Below are positions 9,059 to 15,461 of a stretch of DNA of 43,450 bases, one piece after another. The stretch is from the IMG/VR virus record IMGVR_UViG_3300020044_006787, positions 1 to 43,450 of that record. The stretch is one strand, 5' to 3'. The DNA comes from a virus (lineage: Duplodnaviria; Caudoviricetes). A program made the position numbers and the translations under genes. How positions within the stretch are numbered: position 1 is the stretch's first letter; each line of letters begins with the position of its first letter. The notes under the pieces were generated by a model, which saw only the letters and a list, made by a program, of their open reading frames with translations, ran no database searches and was not told the origin of the DNA.

Positions 9059-9130
9059 AACTGGTGACAATCCGTCACCAGTTGAAGCGGTTACATTTTA
9101 TAACCAGTTACCCGATTTTATCGGGCAGTA
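9059..9130. repeat. Array of three different 17-bp palindromes, each followed by AGT
   Basis: GGTGACAATCCGTCACC-AGTT (9063), GGTTACATTTTATAACC-AGTT (9089), ACCCGATTTTATCGGGC-AGTA (9110). Confidence 0.75.
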
Positions 9131-9131
9131 C

Positions 9132-9172
9132 AAAAAAAAGGAGGGTGACTTGCGTCCCCTCCTTTCGTTTTT
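9132..9172. terminator. Intrinsic terminator, probably bidirectional (strongest for minus strand)
   Basis: AAAGGAGGG-T-GAC ttgc GTC-CCCTCCTTT stem with A8 on the left and T-rich tract on the right, between convergent units. Confidence 0.8.
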
Positions 9173-9179
9173 GGTTTTA

Positions 9180-9431
9180 TTAATAATTTTCATTAATATC
9201 TTTATTGGTAAAATCACATGCAAGCATTGCACTTAATCCAAGTTTTGCAATACTTCTGTATTTATGCCAATACGGCGTGCCATCATCATTTTTTTTACGC
9301 TCATTGTTTTCGTTAATTCTACAAAGATTTTTAGCAACAAAATCAACTAATTTATCTTCATATTGTATCATTTCATTAGTGCAAGCGTAAGGTATATTTA
9401 GCAATTCATCGTTGCGATTACGTTCTTTCAT
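9180..9431 (-). CDS. Hypothetical protein
   Basis: 83-aa ORF, tightly packed, G-rich RBS in the end of the upstream gene. Confidence 0.7.
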   Translation of the reverse strand: MKERNRNDELLNIPYACTNEMIQYEDKLVDFVAKNLCRINENNERKKNDDGTPYWHKYRSIAKLGLSAMLACDFTNKDINENY

Positions 9432-9434
9432 AAA

Positions 9435-9989
9435 CTACCCCCTCCCCTTAAAATAACTCTCCGCATCATCGCCTAATATTCTCGTGTGTGCGTCAATGGC
9501 GGATTGTTTGGTTGCGAAGCGTGGGATATTATAATATTTATCCTCATCATTACTTTGTGCAATAAGTTTTTTTTCATCATTACTCCAACTTACGCACCAA
9601 GGATTAGTATCGCAAGTCTCCACCCAATCCGCAGCGTCCCACAACGCCGTTTCATATTTCCTGTGGGTGATTTGCTCCCATATAGCACGTTCTTTTTCAG
9701 GTGGCTGGTAGCAGTTGCCTGTTTCGTGGCGGTAAATATCACAATAATCTCCTGCATTATATTTTTCAATCCAATGACCTGCGTCATTAATGTATCCATA
9801 TTTATGTCCAATTACTGGCTTCCAGCGTTTAGTTTTAGCCTCCGTTGCCATAATCACGGCTTCAAGTTCATTCTTGAAAGTGATAATTTCACCAGTGTTT
9901 GGATTGTGAACTGTTATTTTTTGCCCTAACTCAATTCGTGGTAGGATTATGTTGACGTGCGGAGTGGTTTCTAATTTTATCGTGTTCAT
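9435..9989 (-). CDS. Hypothetical phage protein
   Basis: GGAG RBS; RWKP...Y.YI...G...GNCY pattern typical of small phage accessory proteins. Confidence 0.75.
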   Translation of the reverse strand: MNTIKLETTPHVNIILPRIELGQKITVHNPNTGEIITFKNELEAVIMATEAKTKRWKPVIGHKYGYINDAGHWIEKYNAGDYCDIYRHETGNCYQPPEKERAIWEQITHRKYETALWDAADWVETCDTNPWCVSWSNDEKKLIAQSNDEDKYYNIPRFATKQSAIDAHTRILGDDAESYFKGRG

Positions 9990-10002
9990 GATTATTCTCC
10001 AT

Positions 10003-10169
10003 CTATTTTAATAAATCTTGAAGTTGTTTGATTTGATTTTCTAAATCGCTGATTTGCTTCCGTTTAGAGCTGCCATCAACTAATTTATCCTGTTTAGCTT
10101 TAATCTCAAGCAAGGTTTTTTAGCCCTTGCAATAGCTACGTTTATTTCTTTCTCCGTCATTTTAGCCAT
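10003..10169 (-). pseudogene. Coiled-coil small gene frameshifted at an A6 run
   Basis: AGGAG RBS + ATG at 10169; adding one A at 10116-10121 gives MAKMTEKEINVAIARAKKTLLEIKAKQDKLVDGSSKRKQISDLENQIKQLQDLLK*, ending right before the next RBS. Confidence 0.6.
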
Positions 10170-10224
10170 GTTGTTTCTCCTGCTTATCTGTTTTAACTCC
10201 CACACAAAGCGGGCTTTAATTTCT

Positions 10225-10428
10225 TTATTCGTTGGGTAGGGTGGTGTAGTAATTTGCGTAAAAATCATCTTTTTTACCTCTTAGGTTTGTTTGCAATATT
10301 TCAAATTTGTTTTTATTTTCCCCGTGGTATTTTTTCAATCGCTCAAATTTTTCACGATTTTCAAAAATATTTACATCGCATATTTCATCAATTATTATTG
10401 GTGGTTGTGGGTTCATTTCTCTAACCAT
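10225..10428 (-). CDS. Hypothetical protein
   Basis: Overlap-coupled ORF in the small-gene array. Confidence 0.5.
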   Translation of the reverse strand: MVREMNPQPPIIIDEICDVNIFENREKFERLKKYHGENKNKFEILQTNLRGKKDDFYANYYTTLPNE

Positions 10429-10622
10429 TTTTGCAACTCCCTAAAGTCTCTGCCTTTTAATTCAATTCTTAAAAGGTAATTGCCAACCTGCCATAATTTT
10501 TTCTTGCCACACTTAGAGCATTGATAAGTGGTTGCGACAACATTATCATCAACAACGCAATGAAACCATTCCTTATGTTGCACAAAATCGTGGTTGCATT
10601 TTTTCTTAAATAATTTAATCAT
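10413..10622 (-). CDS. Small zinc-binding protein (DUF1660-like CxHxF...CxKCGK)
   Basis: LFKKKCNHDF...YQCSKCGKK; GGAG RBS. Confidence 0.7.
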   Translation of the reverse strand: MIKLFKKKCNHDFVQHKEWFHCVVDDNVVATTYQCSKCGKKKLWQVGNYLLRIELKGRDFRELQKWLEK

Positions 10623-10806
10623 TTATTTTTTCTCCTAAGTTTTTTGGTTTTTCTAATATTGAATATGGTTCAACACGGCTCATATTGTGCCAAACTTCAA
10701 CTCCACAATGTGGACATTTTTCTTGCTGCCAAACTGGTAATTTTATATTATCTGGGATATCTAAACACAAATATTCACCACAACATGGATATTCACCAAA
10801 TATCAT
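10615..10806 (-). CDS. Small zinc-ribbon protein
   Basis: PCCG...CPHCG; GGGGAG RBS; ATGA overlap. Confidence 0.7.
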   Translation of the reverse strand: MIFGEYPCCGEYLCLDIPDNIKLPVWQQEKCPHCGVEVWHNMSRVEPYSILEKPKNLGEKIND

Positions 10807-11021
10807 ATTCTCCCCTCCGCAATAGCTGCGTTAATTAAGGCTGCGTTGCCTGCGGTTAGTGGTTTAGTGCCTAAATACCAATGATTAACTGTCACTGGTG
10901 ATTTGGCGGGCTTAAATATATTTGCAACTTCATTGATAATTAAATATTTATGCCTTTTTGTTTCTTTATGGCGTTGTCTTAACCATGCTGCAAATGTAGC
11001 GTTGTCTGTGATTTGTGTCAT
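10803..11021 (-). CDS. Putative Cro/XRE-like HTH DNA-binding protein
   Basis: FAAWLRQ...EVANIF...SPVTVNHWYLGTKP pattern. Confidence 0.55.
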   Translation of the reverse strand: MTQITDNATFAAWLRQRHKETKRHKYLIINEVANIFKPAKSPVTVNHWYLGTKPLTAGNAALINAAIAEGRI

Positions 11022-11024
11022 TGG

Positions 11025-11210
11025 TTATGCTCCTATCCATTCTTGGTTGGTTATTGGTTGAAATATGGCAGAATAATTTCCTGCTCCAATTTCATAAAAT
11101 GTAACTTCTTTTATACTAGAGTTTATTCTTTCCAGTTGCCAATTTTCTAATGGTTTTTGATTATTCCAAGATTTTTTGTAGTAATTTATTATGTCTGTTC
11201 TAGCGTTCAT
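11025..11210 (-). CDS. Hypothetical early protein
   Basis: GGAGATTAGAAATG initiation region gives a start at 11210. Confidence 0.7.
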   Translation of the reverse strand: MNARTDIINYYKKSWNNQKPLENWQLERINSSIKEVTFYEIGAGNYSAIFQPITNQEWIGA

Positions 11211-11225
11211 TTCTAATCTCCATGT

Positions 11226-11252
11226 TAGCAGTTTATGCACTTGCTTAGGTGG
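11226..11252 (-). repeat. 27-bp intergenic direct repeat, copy 1
   Basis: CCACCTAAGCAAGTGCATAAACTGCTA (minus strand), identical to 11533-11559. Confidence 0.95.
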
Positions 11253-11260
11253 TTTGTTGG

Positions 11261-11515
11261 TTATGCTGCCTTTTTTGTGTTTAAGTTTTTATGTAAAATA
11301 TCTGCCATATCATTAGTCACCTTATTTTTGAAATCCTTATCACTTCCAAACTTAGCCAAAAACTCAGCGTCTTTTTTAAGCATCAACTGAAACGCAGCAT
11401 CAAAATCATGCGTAAGGTTATTTTCTATTGCCGTAACCGCAACACGGTTCATTGTCGCTTCAAAATCAGCCAATTTAATGTTATGTTCTGCTAATTTTTT
11501 TTCTAAATAATTCAT
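11261..11515 (-). CDS. Hypothetical early protein
   Basis: AAGGAG RBS; flanked by the two 27-bp repeats. Confidence 0.75.
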   Translation of the reverse strand: MNYLEKKLAEHNIKLADFEATMNRVAVTAIENNLTHDFDAAFQLMLKKDAEFLAKFGSDKDFKNKVTNDMADILHKNLNTKKAA

Positions 11516-11532
11516 TTTATTTCTCCTTTTGC

Positions 11533-11559
11533 TAGCAGTTTATGCACTTGCTTAGGTGG
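11533..11559 (-). repeat. 27-bp intergenic direct repeat, copy 2
   Basis: Identical to 11226-11252. Confidence 0.95.
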
Positions 11560-11566
11560 GTGGGGG

Positions 11567-11878
11567 TTATTTCATTAAGCTTTCTGCTGTCCTGTCACTT
11601 ACGCAACCATAATAACCGCCATTGATTAATTTTAAGTTATTTTCTTTTACAACTTTTGTGCCACCTCCATAAATTGCATTTTGTGCATCATTTTCACTAA
11701 AAAATATGCGCCCGTCACGTTTCCAACGAGGTGACAATCCTATGCAATTTCCATACGTTTCATCATGCGAATGATTGAATGTTATTTTTATTTCACATAT
11801 CTTTTTTTCAACCGCTTCACGAACAGTCATTGCACCTTGAGGCGTGTTAATTAATGTTTTTCCTGTTAAATTAGCCAT
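11567..11878 (-). CDS. Hypothetical protein, first gene of the early operon
   Basis: GGAGATTAGAAGATG initiation region, downstream of a promoter. Confidence 0.75.
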   Translation of the reverse strand: MANLTGKTLINTPQGAMTVREAVEKKICEIKITFNHSHDETYGNCIGLSPRWKRDGRIFFSENDAQNAIYGGGTKVVKENNLKLINGGYYGCVSDRTAESLMK

Positions 11879-11918
11879 CTTCTAATCTCCGTTTCAGCTT
11901 CATTGCTGCCTTAAAAAC

Positions 11919-11947
11919 AATATAGCATGGGAAACCAAAAATGGCAA
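11919..11947 (-). promoter_or_regulatory. Sigma70-type early promoter
   Basis: TTGCCA-N17-TATATT with TG extended -10. Confidence 0.7.
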
Positions 11948-11976
11948 CCAGAAAAGGTAGCATTTATTATATTTCT

Positions 11977-11997
11977 TGTGCATAACTCTGTGGATAA
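11977..11997 (-). promoter_or_regulatory. Tandem DnaA boxes
   Basis: TTATCCACA (11997-11989, perfect) and TTATGCACA (11985-11977, fits TTATNCACA). Confidence 0.6.
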
Positions 11998-12043
11998 AAA
12001 TAATGCTTGCAAAATAGTGTGGATTTGTGCTTAAATATAATTT

Positions 12044-12115
12044 GAGAAAAGTTTAGTTTAGTGGAAAAACATAACATTTGTTAGTCGCAGTCGTCGAAGC
12101 GGTGCAGCTTTTCTT
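12044..12115 (+). ncRNA. Degenerate tRNA-like element (72 nt)
   Basis: GAGAAAAG/CTTTTCTT closing stem, D-arm-like TAGTTTAGTGGAAAAAC, short TAAC-ATTT-GTTA hairpin, T-arm-like GCAGTCGTCGAAGCGGTGC. Confidence 0.4.
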
Positions 12116-12139
12116 TTAACCTTTGGATTTTGTGTATTT

Positions 12140-12250
12140 ATGGCAAATGGTAGACCGACTGATTATTGCGATGAAATAGCAAATAAAATATGTGAGCGCA
12201 TTGCAAATGGCGAGAGCGTTAATTCTATGGGTAATATTGATTTATGGTAG
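12140..12250 (+). pseudogene. Truncated terminase small subunit N-terminus (Sf6-like HTH type)
   Basis: MANGRPTDYCDEIANKICERIANGESVNS matches the GRPsdY.eeia..ICerIa.GeS pattern; stops after 36 aa. Confidence 0.7.
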
Positions 12251-12678
12251 GTCGTCCCTCGGATTTTAATGCAGAAAAAGTTGTAGATGCTTTATGGTAT
12301 TTGGACAACTTCAAACAATGTGATGATGCTATTCCTAGTGTTGAAGGGCTTGCTGATTATCTTCAAGTATGCAAACAAACTGTATTAAATTGGTGTGAAC
12401 CTCCCGCAAATGTTGATGAATTGCCCGAAGATAGAAAACAATTTTTAGACACGTTAAATAGAATTAAGGCTAGACAAGCAAAAATTACATTAAGTGGTGG
12501 CTTAAATAAAGTGTTTGATGCGTCAATTTCTAAATTGATTTTACATAATCATGGCTATAGTGATAAACAACAAATTGATGTTGAAAGTCCTAAAGGAACT
12601 ATGTCACCTCCACAAATAGACGATAAAGAGCTTGCAAGGCGTGCTGCTTTTATGATACAAGGATTGTTAGATAAATAA
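12244..12678 (+). CDS. terS: Terminase small subunit (P22 gp3-like DNA-packaging type)
   Basis: GRPS start, IPSVEGLADYL.V...TV.NW, GGL...F...ISKLIL.NHGYSDK; upstream of TerL. Confidence 0.8.
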   Translation: MVGRPSDFNAEKVVDALWYLDNFKQCDDAIPSVEGLADYLQVCKQTVLNWCEPPANVDELPEDRKQFLDTLNRIKARQAKITLSGGLNKVFDASISKLILHNHGYSDKQQIDVESPKGTMSPPQIDDKELARRAAFMIQGLLDK

Positions 12679-12691
12679 TAGGGAATAAATT

Positions 12692-12937
12692 ATGGCTAAA
12701 TATTATGTTTCACAGCTTATTAATCAAAACGAAAATATGCCTGATAATTTTTTAGAACAAAATAAAGAGTTGATTATTGAGACCGCAAAATCTCCTTATC
12801 ATGTATTACTTGGCAAAGTTTGCGCCTTAGGATTTGATGAAATAATCCCCCTGTTTATTGAGTTTAAGGATTTCACAATTATTGTTGATAGCGAATACGA
12901 TATTGCAGTAATACCAACAATTAACGATAAGGAATAA
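12692..12937 (+). CDS. Hypothetical protein (insertion in the packaging module)
   Basis: 81-aa ORF with GGGA RBS. Confidence 0.6.
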   Translation: MAKYYVSQLINQNENMPDNFLEQNKELIIETAKSPYHVLLGKVCALGFDEIIPLFIEFKDFTIIVDSEYDIAVIPTINDKE

Positions 12938-12942
12938 ACACC

Positions 12943-13404
12943 ATGACATTTGGAAGCGCAATAGAGCAAAATAAAGATGTGCAATCTAACAACGGCTTTG
13001 ATGTGGCTGCCAATGGCGCATTAATCGTTAATCGCAAGCGTGCAACTCACCCTGCTGTTAATGCGGAGTTCACAATCGGAGCGGAGGCTGCAAATGTTCG
13101 CATTATCTTAGTGCAACTTAAAGATGCAAACGGAAATAATATTACTGAAAAAACAGTTTATGAATTATTAGTTTTGGCTGGTGCTTCTGATGCGCTTGCA
13201 ACTGGTGGCTCAACTGGTATTTCTGATGGTGGCGTGGGTGCTATCCTCCAAACAATGACTGCTAAACAAAGATTTTTATGTCATACTGACGCAACGGGGC
13301 TTTCTGACTTTGACTGGACTGACACTGGCACTGAAAGCGTGCGCCTTGCCGTTGTATTGCCTAATGGCAATTTAATTGTTTCAGATGCGTTTGCTAATGC
13401 TTAA
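12943..13404 (+). CDS. Hypothetical Ala/Gly/Thr-rich protein, probably virion structural
   Basis: AAGGA RBS; beta-strand-like composition similar to the capsid and decoration genes. Confidence 0.7.
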   Translation: MTFGSAIEQNKDVQSNNGFDVAANGALIVNRKRATHPAVNAEFTIGAEAANVRIILVQLKDANGNNITEKTVYELLVLAGASDALATGGSTGISDGGVGAILQTMTAKQRFLCHTDATGLSDFDWTDTGTESVRLAVVLPNGNLIVSDAFANA

Positions 13405-13458
13405 GGTGATTTATGACAATGATGTTGAACTTTCATCGAAATTGATTAATGGGTAGCA

Positions 13459-15063
13459 ATGAATGACATAAACAATATTGTTGCACAGTTATTAAATGAC
13501 CCTATCAAGAAGGCAGAATTAACCTCGTTAGTGCAAACTAGCGGGGTTTTTGATAAGCCGTTCGTGCCTAATGCAGGCCCACAAACCGCAGCATATTTTA
13601 GCAAGGCGGATATATTGCTTTATGGTGGTGAGCCTTCGGGTGGTAAAACTGGTTTATTATGTGGATTAGCATTAAATGAACATCGCCGTTCATTGATTGT
13701 GCGCAAAAAGTTCAAAGATGCTGAGGGTATTGTTGATAACCTTAAAGAAATGCTAGGAACAGAAGATGGCTTCGTTGGTGGTAATAGTCCCAAATATAAA
13801 ATGGGCGGTGGGCGTGTAATTCATTTTGAGGGCTTAGAAAAGGGTGCTGCTGGTAGCATTGACACATCAAAACAAGGTGTTGCTCGTGATTTTATAGGAG
13901 TTGATGAGGCTGCGCAATTACCAAAAGATGCAGTAATGATGTTGCTTGGTTGGAATAGACCGCTCGGAGATTATAAAGAGCAACGTTGTCGCATGGTTTT
14001 AGCAAGCAATCCGCCTGTTGATACTGTAGGCGATTGGTTAGGTGAGTTTTTTGCGCCTTGGCTTGATGAAAAACATATAAATCCTGCTGCTAATGGTGAA
14101 TTACGCTGGTATGTCATCAATGATGATGGTGAAAGCATACCAGTAGAGGGTGAAGGAATACATGAAGTTGACGGCAAGCAATTAAAAGCGTTATCAAGAA
14201 CATTCATAAGAGCGAACGTTAAAGATAATCCTTACATTGATGAAGCGTCTTACATGTCAAGAATACAGGCAATGCCTGAGCCAGCAAGAAGTATATTTTT
14301 ATCTGGTAATTTTTTACATGCTCGCAAAGACATGGAGTGGCAGTTAATTCCAACTGAATGGGTAAAATTAGCGCAAAAAAGATGGGAGGAGCATGGCAAA
14401 CCTAATGGTGCGCCAATGTGTGCTATGGGGATTGATTGCGCTCGTGGTGGTGATGACATGATGGTAATGGCTTCACGTTATGACGGTTGGTATGACCATT
14501 TAATAAAATATCGTGGTAGTGAAGTTCCTGATGGACAAACAGCTGCTGCGATGATTAGCAAACACAGAAGAGATGGTGCATTATTGATTATTGATACAAA
14601 TGGTGTTGGATGCTCTCCCTTTGACCAGCTTCGCACTAATGGCGTTGAACCTGTGTCATATAATGCGGCACGTGCTGCGATGAAGCGTAGTAAAGACAAA
14701 ACAATGAAATTTTATAATAAAAGGGCGCAAGATTACTGGATATTTATGGAAGCCCTTGATCCTAACCAACATGGTGGAAGTGCAATTATGTTGCCGCCTG
14801 ATAGAGAATTATTAAGCGATTTAACTAGTGTTTGTATAAAAAATCCTTCGCATATGATGTCGCAAGGCGTGTTATTGGAATCAAAAGAAGATATTAAAAA
14901 ACGTATTCATCGCTCAACTGACTGTGGAGACGCTGTAGTTATGGCTTATTCGGAAGGGCTTAAGCAGGAAAATATCCAAGGCGGTTGGGGGGCATATAAA
15001 ACAAATAGACAAAACGCAACGCCTTGTGTTATTATGGGGCGTGAGAGCATGAGAAGGAAATAA
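13459..15063 (+). CDS. terL: Terminase large subunit
   Basis: PNAGPQ, Walker A variant YGGEPSGGKT, Walker B GVDEAAQ, ASNP, DNPY, nuclease GIDCARGGDD and RSTDCGDA. Confidence 0.93.
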   Translation: MNDINNIVAQLLNDPIKKAELTSLVQTSGVFDKPFVPNAGPQTAAYFSKADILLYGGEPSGGKTGLLCGLALNEHRRSLIVRKKFKDAEGIVDNLKEMLGTEDGFVGGNSPKYKMGGGRVIHFEGLEKGAAGSIDTSKQGVARDFIGVDEAAQLPKDAVMMLLGWNRPLGDYKEQRCRMVLASNPPVDTVGDWLGEFFAPWLDEKHINPAANGELRWYVINDDGESIPVEGEGIHEVDGKQLKALSRTFIRANVKDNPYIDEASYMSRIQAMPEPARSIFLSGNFLHARKDMEWQLIPTEWVKLAQKRWEEHGKPNGAPMCAMGIDCARGGDDMMVMASRYDGWYDHLIKYRGSEVPDGQTAAAMISKHRRDGALLIIDTNGVGCSPFDQLRTNGVEPVSYNAARAAMKRSKDKTMKFYNKRAQDYWIFMEALDPNQHGGSAIMLPPDRELLSDLTSVCIKNPSHMMSQGVLLESKEDIKKRIHRSTDCGDAVVMAYSEGLKQENIQGGWGAYKTNRQNATPCVIMGRESMRRK

Positions 15064-15067
15064 TAAT

Positions 15068-15265
15068 ATGGGTGGAATATTTGGCGGTGCGCCTAAAGCA
15101 CCAGCAATACAACCAGTTAAAGAAATACCTGTTGCAGATGATGCGCTAATGATTGCGGATAAACGGCGCAAAGCTGCGCAACGTGCTATGCAGCAAGGCG
15201 TGTTGTCAACTCAACTAAGTGATAATCAAGCGCAACCGATGCAAAATAAACCTGTGGGGCAGTAA
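15068..15265 (+). CDS. Small virion protein preceding the portal
   Basis: MGGIFGGAPKAP...RR...GVLSTQLS pattern and position typical of podovirus pre-portal genes. Confidence 0.7.
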   Translation: MGGIFGGAPKAPAIQPVKEIPVADDALMIADKRRKAAQRAMQQGVLSTQLSDNQAQPMQNKPVGQ

Positions 15266-15456
15266 TGGGTGATATAAAATTAATTTCGGAAGAAAATCCA
15301 TTTGCTAGTAATCCAAACGTTAAAATGAATGGCAACTATTTTGTTTTTGAATGTGATGGTAAAACCTTTCAGTCTTTTATATCTGGGATTAGTGATTATG
15401 AAGAAGCAAAAGAAAAGGCTTTTAATAGTGCTAGGCAATTTTTTAACAACGGATAA
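15265..15456 (+). CDS. Hypothetical protein sharing its first codons with the portal gene
   Basis: TAATG coupling; begins MGDIK like the portal. Confidence 0.6.
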   Translation: MGDIKLISEENPFASNPNVKMNGNYFVFECDGKTFQSFISGISDYEEAKEKAFNSARQFFNNG

Positions 15457-15461
15457 ATAAA

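Noticed and set aside
9036-9236. 66-aa ORF in the track
   Set aside because: Non-ATG start, no RBS, runs through palindromes and a terminator
12044-12115. Functional tRNA gene
   Set aside because: No 7-nt anticodon loop and no canonical GTTC T-loop; kept only as a tRNA-like element
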